Source: Basidiobolus meristosporus CBS 931.73 (taxonomy: Eukaryota; Fungi; Basidiobolomycota). From it: DNA of 64,000 nt. The stretch covers positions 62,001-126,000 of the forward strand of contig MCFE01000059.1 in assembly GCA_002104905.1 (NCBI GenBank). The letters run 5' to 3'. The notes under the pieces are model-generated. The model made no database searches. It saw only the letters and a list, made by a program, of their open reading frames with translations, and had not been told where the DNA came from. Shown one piece after another: positions 1-13,200 of the stretch. The first letter of the stretch is position 1; every line of letters begins with the position of its first letter. The position numbers were made by a program, and so were the translations under genes.

Positions 1-156
1 CTGTATATGAGACATTGTACATACATGAATGTAAGATAGAATCATGATCCCACCATAGTATGAATCATCAATAAAGTTACAGCACCATATATTTACATAT
101 ATGTAACACTCTATCCCCTTGGGTTTGAATCACCTCCATATATACCACCAAAAGCT

Positions 157-2512
157 TGTTGTAAGAGTCTTGGAGATATTGAAAGTAACTGGGAAAACAA
201 GTAGATTATGTGGTTTTCCCTTAAGGATTTATTAAATATAATAGTAGTGTTTATACTTTTACATGGTGCTGGCATAACATGCATGTAGAATAGGTTTATG
301 AAGATCCCAAAAACATGTGTGTAAAGTTTTGGGGCTGTTTGGACAACTTTGCAAATTTCATGTTCTGAATACCTGATATTTTGGTGAAAATTCTTAAAGT
401 AAATCCCAACAAGGATTTTGGTCAGTATTCTCTAGGAACTGAAGGTAATGATCTAAGTGACTAAGTTAGGAGAATATTTAGGTGGAATTGCAAGTTCTTA
501 CAACACTCCCACTCAACTAAATGTTCATACTGACTAGTCCTAATTTTAACCTAAGGTATTCAAACTTGTCTCTAGCTAATGGTTTGGTAAATATGTCTGC
601 AATATATTTGTCTGTAGGACAGCAGGCTAGGTTAGACAACTTAGTCTCTATAGCTTCATGTATGAAATTATGTCTAATATATATGTGCTTAGTTCTAGTA
701 TGAAGAGTTGGAATTCTACTAAATTGTATATATGCTTGATTATCTTAAAATAAAGTAATAGGCATTTTTTGACATAAGCCAAAATGTTTAAAAAGCTTCC
801 TTAACCACATGGCTTCTTTTGTAGCTTCACAGGCTGCCATATACTCTGCCTCTGTGGTATAGAGTGCAATGGTTGTTGCTTTCTTGAATTTCATGAAACT
901 GCTCCTTTACAGTAAGCAAAGGTGTATCCTGTGGTGGATCTACTGTCTTCCAAATTTTGTCCCCAATCAGCATTGGATTATCCCACAAGATCCTGTTCTG
1001 TATCCTTATAAGTGTATCTTAAGCAGATATCAGCAGTTTCTTTTAGGTATCTAAAAATCCGCTTAACTGCTGCAATATGATCAGATCCATATTTCTGATT
1101 GTGCTGGCTGACAACTCCCACTGAATATGAGATATCTGGATGTATTCCAAGCATGATATACATCAGACTGCCAGCCATAGATTGATAAGGAAGTCAGGGC
1201 TTTCAGATGGCACCAAGCTCTCTTGATTTGGTTGAGTTTTGACCAAGTTAAGGATTGTCTCCATTAGGGTAGCTGCTGGTTCACAGTCTTCCATTTGGTG
1301 CTTCTTTTGTATATCTTGAATATAGTTGGATTGGCTTAGGGTGATAGTCTGGGTACTTCTGTCTATGGAGAACTTTATTCCTAGGTAGCAACTAATTTTT
1401 CCTAGATCAGGTATCTTGAACTCCTTAGATAGGCTGGATTTAGTCACTTCCAATATTTCTAGGATATTGGTGGCTATAATAAGATCATCCACATAGAGAG
1501 CCAATAGAACTGGATTTGCTCTATTTGGCCTATAGTATATACTATAGTCACCATTACTTCTTTTGAAACTCAAAGATTCCAAATTAGAATCTATTTTGCA
1601 ATTCTAGTCTCTTGGTAATTGTTTGAGCCCATAAAGAGACTTTTAAGCTTGCAGACTAAATGGGGGTTATCTTGGTCAATAAACCCATCAGGCTGGTCCA
1701 TATACACATCCTCATCAAGTACTCCATTCAAAAATGCGCTTTTACATCCACTTGATGTACAAAAAACTTATATTTGGCTGCAATAGCCAATAGTAATCTG
1801 ATGGAATTAAACTTGACTACTGGTGCAAAGGTCTCAGTGTAGTCAAGTCCTGTTGTTTGAGGGTATCCTTTGGCCACAAGTCCTGCTTTGTGTCTTTCAA
1901 TTGTACCATTGACCTTGTATTTTGCCTTAAAGACCTATCTGCATCCAATAGATTTTTGATTGATTGGTATTTTGACAAAGTCCTTAGTTTGATTTTTCAT
2001 TAGGGCCTGATACTCCTCAGTCATTGCAGCTCTCCAAAACTTCATCTGAGGGCTATTAGGGCCTCTTTTATAGTCTGGGGCTCATTGATATGAACTGAGT
2101 AGGCATAAGCTAAGTTTGTTCTCTCATGGATATAGTAATTTGGGCTATTTCTAGTCTGGTGGGATCTCCAGGCATTTAATACCAGAATGCTTATTTCTGG
2201 GATATTCCTGGGCACTGCTTCAGGCCAAGTCATGGTTGTAGAGTCCTCTGGAGTGAAAAAACTCTCACTGTTTTCCTTTGATTCAATCCTGATAACTGGT
2301 GGACTTGAGATCAGACATTTGTCATTATCTGATGTCATTTTTGTGAAAGTTTTGAATTTTTATCACACAGCACATCCCTGGACTTGATCCACTTCTTGGC
2401 TCTGGCATTATAGAGTCTGTATGACTTACTCTCATTGCAGCAGCCTAAAAATATGCATTTACACTTTTTGGCTCAAATTTTGACTGATTTCCAGACAGTT
2501 TCTTGCCATTTG
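157..2512 (-). mobile_element. Ty1/copia family C, 3' half (copy C1): end of integrase, RT, RNase H, PPT and 349-bp 3' LTR (157-505); truncated by a CMC transposon end at 2513
   Basis: Reverse complement aligns with 47045-49405. LTR reads TGTTGTAAG...CAACA on the minus strand, with the PPT at 506-512. ORF remnants include LLALYVDDLII and GSLMYIMLGIHPDISYSVG. Confidence 0.93.
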
Positions 2513-2859
2513 CCCTATGAAAAATTATTGTGATGATCACATCAAAAGGCCATCACAAATTTAAAGTCCTGTGATTATGAGGTACTGCTCCTGTCAGGAC
2601 ACTGTGCAGAGACCATCAAAAAATAATTGCACCCCAGATTTCACAAAAAACTTGGTCAAAATTTTTCATCACAATAATATATAAGTGCCTTTTGATTGCT
2701 TCCCTGCCAATGTGCTCACCTTCTGATCCCAGAGACTCTATCACCTCCTATATTTGTGTGCATTGATTGGCTATTGCCTCCTTTTCACACTCCTTACTTC
2801 CTGACTCAACTGTTTCTCTTACTTTTCATGCATACAAATTGATTTATTTCCATTGAAAC

Positions 2860-4990
2860 TTCAGTTGTACCTCAATTGCCAATTGTATTGACCTATACAA
2901 GTCCCCCATACCCTACACTAACATTATGTCCAACTGCACACTCAACAAACAACTCCATCAAAATCCACATCTCAATATGTATTTCTGCTATAAAGCTCTG
3001 GTTCCATGACTTTGGGAGGAGCCCTGTGGCTTTATGTCACTGTTCATTCACTGGTTCCCACATGTCCTGGTCTTCAGCTGGCACTGCAAGGTTTAGCACC
3101 TCATCTTCCAGTCTTTGCAATAAATCCTTGCAATACTCAAGTGCAATTTCTTGAGCACTGCTCTTGAAGAAGTGCTGCAACTGCTTGGTGTGCCTATTTT
3201 TGTTCAAAAATTCCACTGAAGGCATTGTGATAGTCATTTAAGTTCTTGACATTGTAGCCTTGTCTGTCAGTGGGATCTCCACTCTGTCAACAATGGAAGA
3301 TGTGGAGGCTGTGGTAGACAAATGCCTTTTTCTGCAAGCTCATCTACCCTGCTGGAGTGTAGCTCAACTGGCTGAACTTCCAATTCTTGTGAAAACAGCT
3401 TTTTTCTTGTTGGGGATTGTTCTTGGCTATGATGGGATTCAGTCTGTCCCAAGCTTGTGGAGTTAATTGGCAAGAACTGCGGTTTCTTTTGCATGCCTCC
3501 CTGTGTCAGGCTTGGGTAGACATTTTTCCTTTTACCTTTTCCTTTCTCACTTCCAGGTCTCTCATTGTAACTTTGTCTGAGTGCTTCTTGTAATGAACTA
3601 TGTTTTTCCTTTATAAATTCTGCTCTGACGCATCTGTTTTGGCCTGCTTGTCCCTTACTGGCATTCTTCTGGCCACCTAATGTTTCTTTTCTGCTTGTTT
3701 TGAGCTCTCAGCTGTAGTTGTGACGGGCTCATGTAAAAGCTGTTGGTTTTTATCAATGCCAGGTGTTTGAATGCTACTTGACTGAGTGCTTCTTGAGTGG
3801 GATTACACTTTTTCCTTGATAAATGTTGTGCTGGTGCATCCATGTCTGCCTGCTTGTCCCTAATTGGCACTCTTCCAGCTACCTGACATCTCTTTGACAC
3901 TTGTCTGGAGCCTTTGGCCCTGCTTATAAGAGGCCCTTGAGTAGGCCACTGGTTTTTAGCCACAGCACCCTTGTTCTTCTGCCTTGAATAGTTTCTGCTA
4001 TTCTTGAGATACTTTCTAAGCATACCAATGCTGGCCCATTATCTGTTTGCCCATTTGAATCCAGAATAATGCTCATGGAACAAGTCAAGTGCATTCAGCT
4101 TGGCCTTGAGCTCCTGATGGTCCCATGGTGTGCCAACCTTAAGGTGATGGCATGCTAGACTTCTGACAGCCTCTGGAATATTAGCCCACTCTTCATTATT
4201 GCACTCAACAGCTTCATGAATCTTTAATGTCCTTTGATTTTTAGGCTTTGGTATAAACATCACATTATCTCCCTCCCACACTGTGACAGGTGTTTCTGTG
4301 GGCTTTGTCTTTAGGCACTGTTGTTGTGCTTCAAAAATCTGTGTGGTGCTCCTCTACTGTTACATTAGCAAATGGCTCAATTCTTGGCTGTGACATTGAG
4401 CTACTTGAGCTCCTTCTTTGCAGTAAAGATACTGCTTTCTCTACCTGGGATATTGATTGCTCTACACATATTATCCACTCATCCTGTTTCTGGACTATTT
4501 CCTGACTTCTCTGGGCCATTGCATCTATCCTATCAGCCACTGCACCTAATTGCTTTGTTAATACTTTGGTATGAGCTGACAACATACTTGCTAATATGGG
4601 TGATGGTGATGTTATTATGGCCACTTGCTAGTCTCCAACTGAGGGTACTCTGTTTGCTACATTCTCTTCTGCCTGAGCATAGTAGTCAACTTGTGGCTCC
4701 ACGGAGATTCTCAATTGCCTACTTGACTGAGAGCCTGAGGGGTCCACCTTATTACCTTCAGTGAACACACTGTCAGCCTTGCCTTTTTGAATGTAGCCCT
4801 GCTTGTTGCAATGAGTGTCAAAGCAAGCAGTTGTCCAACAGTTCTTCTGCTGTGGTTGGTGGTAGGGCTTGGTTGGGAAGCAGATGACTTTGCTTTATTT
4901 TTTGGCAGCATATATATGGATGAGAGTCCAACCAAAGAGGAAATAGTGTTACATATACGTGTGTATGCGGTGCCACAATGTTATTTATAA
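2860..4990 (-). pseudogene. Disrupted accessory ORF2 of the CMC element, function unknown
   Basis: ORF fragments 4711-4935, 4331-4624, 4039-4281, 3655-4023, 3267-3494 and 3037-3237. Homologous pieces lie at ~41330-43320 (+), 14420-15260 (-) and 55699-56240 (+). Confidence 0.6.
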
Positions 4991-5369
4991 CACTTACTAT
5001 GGTGGGTCTTCAGTGAATCTTATATTCTTGCAGGTGCCATGTCTCAAATACAAGACTGTCTTAAATTCACATGTGTATTGACCACAAAGTGATATAATAG
5101 TGTTACCTTGTTGAAGGTCAAGCTGTTTGCCCAATGGACAAGACTACTTTGACTCAACACCATAAGAGAAGTGAAAAAGACCATGTGGCAATGGTAGCAA
5201 GCCTCTCAGCCACAAAGCATGCAGACAGCATGGTAAGTATTACAAGGATCATGGGCAGTGTTTTGTTACACAAGGCAAATTTGGCCATTCATCAGTCACA
5301 ACTGTACCAACATTATCTTGCCAGCCAGCCCATACTTCTATATTAGCACCTGGCCACCTTTGTCACCTT

Positions 5370-6764
5370 ATGCAAACTGAGTCAGGTGAGCTTCTGACAC
5401 CTTTAGGCTCACCATTGCCTTCTGAGTATGGCACACAGAGTGATAGCTCTGATGAGGAAGGCTCACTGGTGGATTGTGAGCCTATCTCCCCTAATAATAG
5501 TACCATGCATGAGCCTGGTCAAGTCCCAATATGCAATGAGACAATACCTGTTGAAAAAATTGCCAAGGATACTTTATGGAGCCAAGCCAGCCCTGTAATC
5601 CATCTACTGGTGAATGATATAATATTGTTGCTAGAGAAGTGGTGTGTTTCCACCTATACCAGTAATAGGGGCTTTGAGGATTTATTACTACTTCTTGCCA
5701 AAATCATATGAGGATGCAACTTACCATGTACATGGTATAAGTGGACAACCATCATGTGGCTGGCAACATATGACCCAGACACTATCCTGATTCCAGTATG
5801 TGTTAACAGCTGCATGGCACTCACATCCAAAAATGCTACCATTGCAACGTGTTCAAATTGTCAGGAATCCACTACCATTGAGGGAAAACATTGTTCACAC
5901 TCTGGATATATTCCAGTAATACCCCATCTGAAGAAGCTCATAAAGTCTGACAAATATTGCAAAGCTATAAGGTACCCCACTCAGTTTCAATCAAGCACAA
6001 ACATATCCAATATATTCAATGGCAAACATTACATACAGCCAAGAAGCAAGGGCTACTTTGAAGGGATGTATGCCCATGCCTTGGCCTTAGCGCTTGATGG
6101 ATTCTTACTAAACAGGTACTCTATCAGCAAATCCTGCTGGCCACTGATTCTTATCACCTGAATCTGCTGCCCATCTCACAGTATCAGAGCAAAAATCTGA
6201 TGGTAGTCTCACTGGTATTGGGTCCTAAATCACAATCCAGCCTGGATAGCTACCTATATCCATTGCTGGATGAATTTGGTATATTTTCCAGCAGAATAGC
6301 AGTTAGTGGCTATCATGTAAAAGCACAAATTATTATCTGCATTGGAGACACCCTAGCCATCAGCAAGATAACCGGCTTTTCTGGGCACAATGGACAGTAT
6401 TGCTGTCAAATGTGTAAGATCCAGGAGATTTACTCCATAACTCACACACATTATTATTACCCAAATACCAGCATTAAGAACATAATCAACCCACAGAGAG
6501 AATGTACAGAAGTCAGCATGCAATTGCAGCAAAGTTGGCAAGCTATAAGCCATTGGCCAGAACATAGAATCAATTGGAAATCAGAGATACTTAAGATAGA
6601 GAGTGTGTTTGAGCAAAACCTATCCACTGTGGGCAATGCATTTACTTTTCAGTAATATCTCTATACTGATGAACAAGTTGTTCATGGAGCATTTCAAGCT
6701 GAATGAGCTCTTAGAGATACTGGAGAAGTTCAAAAGAACTGCCATGATATTACAGAGAATCCAC
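5370..6764 (+). pseudogene. CACTA/EnSpm Tnp2-type (Transposase_21-like) transposase, N-terminal part, disrupted
   Basis: ALALALDGFLL...SCWPLILIT, LVLGPKSQSSLDSYLYPLLDEF, IICIGDTLAISKITGFSGHNGQYCCQMC are typical fungal Tnp2 motifs. Confidence 0.85.
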
Positions 6765-8790
6765 TGTGGCTTATCACTTACTGTACTTGGTGAGTGGGAG
6801 AGCTTGTAGTTCAAGTTGGTACCACTTGTTTCAGAATAGCATCCAATAGAAGGTAGCAAGGTAATAAAGACTTGGGTTTATTCCATCCAAATCTTGCTGT
6901 TCTCTCACTTGGTTCAATTGGCCATATATATCACTTGGAGGGGCTTAGATAATAGATAATGTGTTATAAAATAGGGGTGTGAACACCTTCATTTTATGGT
7001 AAGTGTTCTAACTGGATAAGGGCAGGAAAAGGAGGGAGGATATGTGGGGGAATCATAGGGAGAGTACTGGGGGACTCTGGGTAGGACTCTGGGGAGAACT
7101 CTTGGGTAAAGAGTGGGTGCAACATTCAGTACTCACATATCCCAGGGGTTAAGAGGGAGCTTTGTCCTCAAAGTTCATTGACTAACTTGCATCTCCAGGG
7201 TTAATTTTGTTTACAGAGCATGGGGAGTCACAAAAGTACCATTGCTGGTTGTCACTTGTGAGGGGGTTGTGGGCAAGTATCTGATACCATTTGGCAGCAG
7301 AGTTGGGTGTAGCTTGCGTTGCTTGAGGGATGTTTTCCACAGGGCCAAGCAATTGGCAAGCCATAGGGTTCTGGGTAAGTTCCATGGGAGGGTCAAAGAA
7401 CAAGAAGAGGTGCAATAACGCAATAAAGTCTTGCTTCTTTATCTTGCAAACATTGTTGGGGCTTGTCCTTGTTGTGTTCAACATGACAGTGAAGGTTCTT
7501 TTGAAGAGGGCGTACACTTGGTCAGCAGTCACCTGTTGTTGATAACAAGTTTTTGCTTCTTCCAAGATGTATTGTAGTTCTTCTGTAGAGACTGTGATGC
7601 AATCAAGGCGCTTTTGCACTTGCCTCATGGTTTCTATAGAGTCCATAGTGGTTTCTTTGGCCTCTTGGAGCTGGACTTCGTACTGTTTTCTGAGTTGTCC
7701 TATGGTAAACCACTGCAACAATTGTGACACAACAATTTGGTGGATTGCATGGGTCAACTGGCTGGTGTATTTAATACATTTGCATATCTTCTCTAGGATG
7801 GTTCCTTCTTAAAATGTGGTTCAAGATGTGTTCAAATTTCTCAGAGGAGTCCTTCAATCAGGAATTCTACTTCTGGTGCTCTTGTGGCTGGTGCCAGGTC
7901 TGTGTATACCTCAACAACTGTGGAACCTATTAATGGCAAGTATGCATCAAAACCAGGGGGCTCTTGAGGCCTTGTGAGGGTGCAACAGCTGATTCCTACA
8001 TCCTCTGTCTGCCTGTGTCCAGTATGGATACAGGAATCAGAGCTGTGTCATTCTCCTTTATGATCAAGGAACCTCCTCTCAGGTGGTGCATGGTCTTCTT
8101 GTAAGTATCTTCATACTTTGTATTGGCATGGGTAGCCTGTCTTATCCCTCTCTGATTGTGTCTTGTATCAATGTGACTGCTCTGGCAAACAACTCTTTAT
8201 AGGTGCCTCTTGTTGTTTGTAATGCTTGTACCATATCTCTCAACACTTGCTGGTTGGTCTTGATTTTGATATCATCTTGATTCTTGCTGGTGAGAGGGGT
8301 ATCACCAGTTTCATGCAAACAGTTTCCTTTGGTGCTTTCCATATGCATTCTTTTGTTCTCCCTTTTGGGCAAACTTACTTGTGCATATCACTTGTACCTA
8401 TATCAATTAAAATGTTCTCTAACAAACTTTGTATGTATCCCATGCCTTCCTCTATCCTTGTCCTGATAATTGTTTAATCACACTTTGGCTTCAATGATGA
8501 TTGGTCAATCATCATGAAGCAGCTTCAGATGGACTGACGCTATGTTGCTGATTGTCTTATTGTTCAAGGTGATGGTATACATTGGTCTGTGGTCCAAACT
8601 AATAATGGTGCAAGGGCCAATCCATTGAGGTGTAAATTGTGGGCAAAACTTGAGGCCTGCAATGGTTTGGTTATACCACCCCTTATTGCCTGGTTTCCAC
8701 TTCTTTCTTGTAAGTATCTCATTTGTGGGTGGTGTGGGAAGGTGCTAGTTAACATTTTCAAGTACTTTTATGTATAGGTGGGCAATACAG
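6765..8790 (-). mobile_element. Ty3/gypsy family G3, 3' end: integrase C-terminus, ~1.3-kb extra region and 373-bp 3' LTR (6765-7137)
   Basis: The LTR matches the TSD-flanked solo LTR at 53579-53956, and its TATA-like and AATAAA motifs are on the minus strand. The minus frame at ~8490-8720 reads KFCPQFTPQWIGPCTIISLDHRPMYTITLNNKTISNIASVHLKLL, a GPY/F-like integrase tail. Confidence 0.75.
7182..7757 (-). CDS. 191-aa ORF of unknown function between pol and the 3' LTR of gypsy G3
   Basis: Open frame in element sense with a coiled-coil-like stretch (LRKQYEVQLQEAKETTMDSIETMRQVQKRL). No recognisable RT, IN or gag motif. Confidence 0.45.
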   Translation of the reverse strand: MTHAIHQIVVSQLLQWFTIGQLRKQYEVQLQEAKETTMDSIETMRQVQKRLDCITVSTEELQYILEEAKTCYQQQVTADQVYALFKRTFTVMLNTTRTSPNNVCKIKKQDFIALLHLFLFFDPPMELTQNPMACQLLGPVENIPQATQATPNSAAKWYQILAHNPLTSDNQQWYFCDSPCSVNKINPGDAS

Positions 8791-9089
8791 TGTAGTGGGG
8801 TAACAATGACGCCCACTGACAGATGTGCTCATTCCCATATTTTCTACTTCCCTATATCTCTACCACACTTATTTTAGTTTTATCCCATTTGTCTTACCTG
8901 ATCATTACTATCCCATAAGCTGGTTGACTATCACACCTGCTTACCTTATTGCATAAATTATCACTCACTTTATGTAAGATTACTAGCTGTGAGTGCTTCT
9001 ATATATACCAATGTGGGGGGTTCATACAAGCTCCCTAGGACCCAACAAGATTTACCTGAAGATTTGAGCCATTATCCATGTATTGAAAA

Positions 9090-10256
9090 GTGACCTCCAA
9101 TATTATCAAGATTACAACACCAACCTACCTGCCCAAAATGAATTCTATGCCATTACCACTCTCATATGGAGCCCCACAGTTTGATGGAAAGAATGTGGAA
9201 AGCTTCATATTCAAATGGGATATGCTCTGCTACATGTGCAGCCTATCTGAACAAGAAATGGCTGTAGACTTCCCCTACTACTGCACCAATGATATTACCA
9301 CTAAGCTTCTCAGGCAAGGAGACATTCTCACTGACTGGACCTCAATGAAGACCTACCTACAGACCAAGTATGGTAAACCCCAAATATACTACAGAATTGA
9401 AGACCTCAGACACATTGGAAGGGCTGGACTTTCCAAGCTACCACTTGAAGAGTTCATTCAGCAGTATGAAGATATGGCCAAGCCACTCCTAGAGTCCCAG
9501 ACTATAGCTGAGTTTACCATGACACTTTACCTTGCACAAGGGCTTCCTCAGGATTTGGCAAGGAAACTTGACTTACATGCAGCCAAGGATGACAAGTCTG
9601 GCATTCCTTGCTTTGCAGAGATGAAATGTGTCCTCCTAGAGGCAAAGCAAACTTCCACCTTCATGATACTCCTGACATCTAATCTGCCAGACCAGTCAAC
9701 CAAGGAGCCAAGGAGTGCTGATGCTGACACTCAGACCTACACTACCAACAGAATTGACCAACTTGCAGAACAGCTACAAACGCTAGCCCTCAAGATTAAT
9801 GGCTCAGCTGAAGTAGCTATTGAGGGCCAAAGACCTTTACCCAGACACAGCATCTGGTGTGACTCTACTCAACATGCCAGACAAGAATGCTCAGAGCTTA
9901 GTCAGCTACTCACAGAAGGAGCAGTACAGTTTGATGCTGATGGAATGCTTGCTGACAAGGAAGGAAGAAGGATTCCCACTAATATCCAAAGAGGATGGAT
10001 GAGAGTCCTTTTCCAGAAATCTGACTCAGCAACTAGAAAGATTACTGTTGATGCCCCTATTGGGACTCATACAGTGAATCCAAGCAGCCCTGACAACAGA
10101 CAATACAAAGTTGATGCCTTTGCTACCAAAAGACACCTCCCTGAAGAACCTGCCAAACCCATCCTTATAAGACCACAATTTGAAGAACCTGAAGTGTTAT
10201 TGACAGGTGCCCTAGTATGCTGCCCACCCAAGATCTGTTGCCACACTTTCAGATGA
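9090..10256 (+). CDS. Gypsy G1 gag
   Basis: 388-aa ORF with YGAPQFDGKNVESFIFKWD and a C-x2-C-like WCDSTQHARQEC motif. Confidence 0.8.
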   Translation: MTSNIIKITTPTYLPKMNSMPLPLSYGAPQFDGKNVESFIFKWDMLCYMCSLSEQEMAVDFPYYCTNDITTKLLRQGDILTDWTSMKTYLQTKYGKPQIYYRIEDLRHIGRAGLSKLPLEEFIQQYEDMAKPLLESQTIAEFTMTLYLAQGLPQDLARKLDLHAAKDDKSGIPCFAEMKCVLLEAKQTSTFMILLTSNLPDQSTKEPRSADADTQTYTTNRIDQLAEQLQTLALKINGSAEVAIEGQRPLPRHSIWCDSTQHARQECSELSQLLTEGAVQFDADGMLADKEGRRIPTNIQRGWMRVLFQKSDSATRKITVDAPIGTHTVNPSSPDNRQYKVDAFATKRHLPEEPAKPILIRPQFEEPEVLLTGALVCCPPKICCHTFR

Positions 10257-13200
10257 CCTCAAAGACAGCAAGCTACTCAAGCCCTCAACTGATTACTGAG
10301 AAGCTGCTGAAGCAGAACCTCACTTTGTTGGTTGGAGAAATCATGAGTGTATCCCCATCTGTTAGGAAGACCATTGATGAGCAGCTTAGAACAAGACAAC
10401 AAGCTGTTGAACATATGGACACCCATATTATTCAGACAAACCATGAAGACCACCAAAAGTATGACAACACTACTGAATATAAGACCTTTTAATCAGTTGC
10501 AACTGCTGTGGTGAAAGGATATATATATGATGACCCTGTTGACTGCCATATTGACAGTGGCTCAGAGATTTGTGTTGTGCTGCTAGTCTCCTGGAAGACA
10601 CTTAGAAGCAAGGAGCTACTGCCTGTTGATTGTGATATTGGATGGAACATGACTGATGCAAGCTCAGGATCTAGTCAACTCTATGGTATAGTGCACAAGT
10701 TCCCTATTGAGGTCCAAGGAATCAAGGTCTGGCTTCCCCTCTTCATCTGCCAGAGGGCAAACTTTGACCTTCTACTAGGTAGACCATGGGAAATCAGTAC
10801 CAAGGCTACAACTACCAACTATTCTGATGGGTCAGTATGGTACAACATACAAGGATCCAACCCAAGACTACAGTCAACCTTCTGTTGTGCAACACTCAAC
10901 AACAAGAGGACACATACTGCCTGCCAGAAGACACATCTTATTATAGAAGAAGATGAGGAGCCTGACAGTATATACCCCAACATTTGGAGCTGCTCATTAG
11001 GTATACAGGACCAGATGGCTATGGTTTGAACAAAAAACAAGACAGTAGAACAGAAGATTAGACCATCACTTACACCTTTGACTGATGGATCTTGTCCCGC
11101 TGATTACATTAGACCACCAGAAGAAACACCAGAAGATATACAACTTACACCTAAGAGACTGAAGCAACTAATCATTGGTGATGGAAACCTAACACAAGAG
11201 GAGATATGATAATTTGAAAAATCCTTGAAAAGGCATGATAAGGTCTTTTTATACAATGACAAGGAGATGGGACTCTTAAAGACATTGGTTGAAAAACCTT
11301 TCAAGATTCATACAGTGCCCCACACACCCTGGTCATTTAAGCCCTACCCACTGCCCAGAGGACTCCAAGCTGATGTGCATGACCTACTTAAGAAGAAGAT
11401 AGAAGCTGGTATCCTAGAACCTTGCCATGGACCTTATGCTAACAGATGGTTTGTGACCAAAAAGAAGAATGGAAAGCTCCGTTTCATTCAAGACATGCAA
11501 CCAGCAAATGCTGTCACTATCAGAAATGCTGCTATACCTCCATCTATTGATGACTTTGAAGAAAGCTTTGGTGGCCACTCCATCTACTCAACATACAATC
11601 TCTACTCAGGATATGACCAGATCCCCCTTGATGAGACATCAAGAGATATGTTTGCACTCCAAACACCATTTGGACTGTTAAGGATGACAAGACTCAGCCA
11701 GGGGGCTATAAACTCCATGACTGAGTTCCAGAGATGCATGGTGAATGTACTGTATCAGTTTATACCTGAAAAACTTGCTGTCTTTGTTGATGACATAGGC
11801 ATCAAAGGACCAAAATTCTGGGACACCACTGAAGTCATGCCTGGAGTAAGAAAGTTTGTCTATGACCATATTTCAGACAATGATGCTATATTACAAGCCA
11901 CTGAAGAAGCTGGACTCACCATCAGTGGAGAGAAAAGCAGCTTTGGTGTATCAGAGATATCCATTGTTAGACAAAAACACAACACCTTTGGTTGTTCACC
12001 TGGAGACTCCAAGACACAAAAGATATGCAACTGGCCTACCTCCACAAATCTAACACAAGCTCATGGCTTTGTGGCAGCTTGTGGGTTCTTTAGGATCTGG
12101 ATCCCAAGATTTTCTGAGATAGCAGAACCAGTCTACCAACTACAGAGAGCAAATACCCCATTTATCTGGGGAGAAGCGCAAGAAGAAGCCATGCAATTAC
12201 TGAAAGAGGCCTTAGTATCTCCACCAGTTCTAGGACCTCTTGTCTATCAGAACACTGACTGCCCACCTATTTTGACAGTGGATGCAAGCCCCATAGGAGC
12301 TGGGGCACTACTTGGCCAAGATGATCAAGATGGCAACCACTATGCCTGCAGATATGAGAGCTGTCTATTCTCTCCTAGAGAACAAAGATACTCACAGATT
12401 AAGAGAGAGCTAATAGGAGTTGTGAAGATGTTGACAAAGCTGAAGGCACAACTCTATATGACACATTTCATCCTAGAGACAGATGCCAAGCCACTTATAG
12501 GAATGATCAACAATCCTGACCTACCTGATGATGCCACAAACCAATGGATGACATGGCTGAGAATGTTTGACTTTGAGGTCAGACATATCCCTGGCAAGAC
12601 AAATGTTGTGGCTGATGCACTCTCCAGGAAGGGATGACAATTATTTGAGGACTTGTACCCTGACTTTGATGATGTGATTGATGCAGAGATCCAACAGATT
12701 GCCATCAAAGACCAAGAGAGAACTACCAGGAGTCTGATCAAGGAATATCTAAAGACACTCAAGAAACCTAGTTAGATGGATATTCAGGAGTTTATAAAAC
12801 TCAGAAAGAAGGCACACCACTACTACCTCAAAGATGATCTTCTCTTTAAATGAGTGAAGCCTGGACTTATGCAAAGAAGAGTAGTCACCACCCCACAAGA
12901 GTAACTCAACATCAAGACAAGTATCCACCAAGGAGAACCAGGAGGGCATAGAGGACAAGAAGCTACCCACAATACTGCAGCTCACAGGTACTACTGGGAA
13001 AACATGAACTATGATATCCAACACTTTGTTGAGTCATATGTAGCCTGCCAGAAGAGATCCTCCAGGTGTTACAAAGACCACTGCATCCTACCTACACAAT
13101 CTGTCTATGGCAAAAGGTTGGTACTGACCTTGTCCACATGCCAACAGCTGGACCAAAAAAGTACCTGATTGTTCCTAGAGATGACCTTAGTGGATGGGCA

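Larger units (their letters stand above)
2513..6764 (+). mobile_element. CMC/EnSpm (CACTA-type) DNA transposon copy A: terminus, accessory ORF2 (-) and Tnp2-type transposase (+); cut by a gypsy LTR at 6765
   Basis: Starts CCCTATGAAAAATTATTG; the same terminus is at 14096 and inverted at 56556. Termini fit the 5'-CMC consensus. Transposase motifs are present (see next features). Confidence 0.85.

Noticed and set aside
7182-7757. Calling the G3 extra ORF an envelope gene
   Set aside because: No signal peptide, transmembrane anchor or fusion-protein motif is visible.
10217-10256. Programmed gag-pol frameshift in G1
   Set aside because: No recognisable slippery heptamer. The element has many other stops and shifts, so decay is the simpler explanation.
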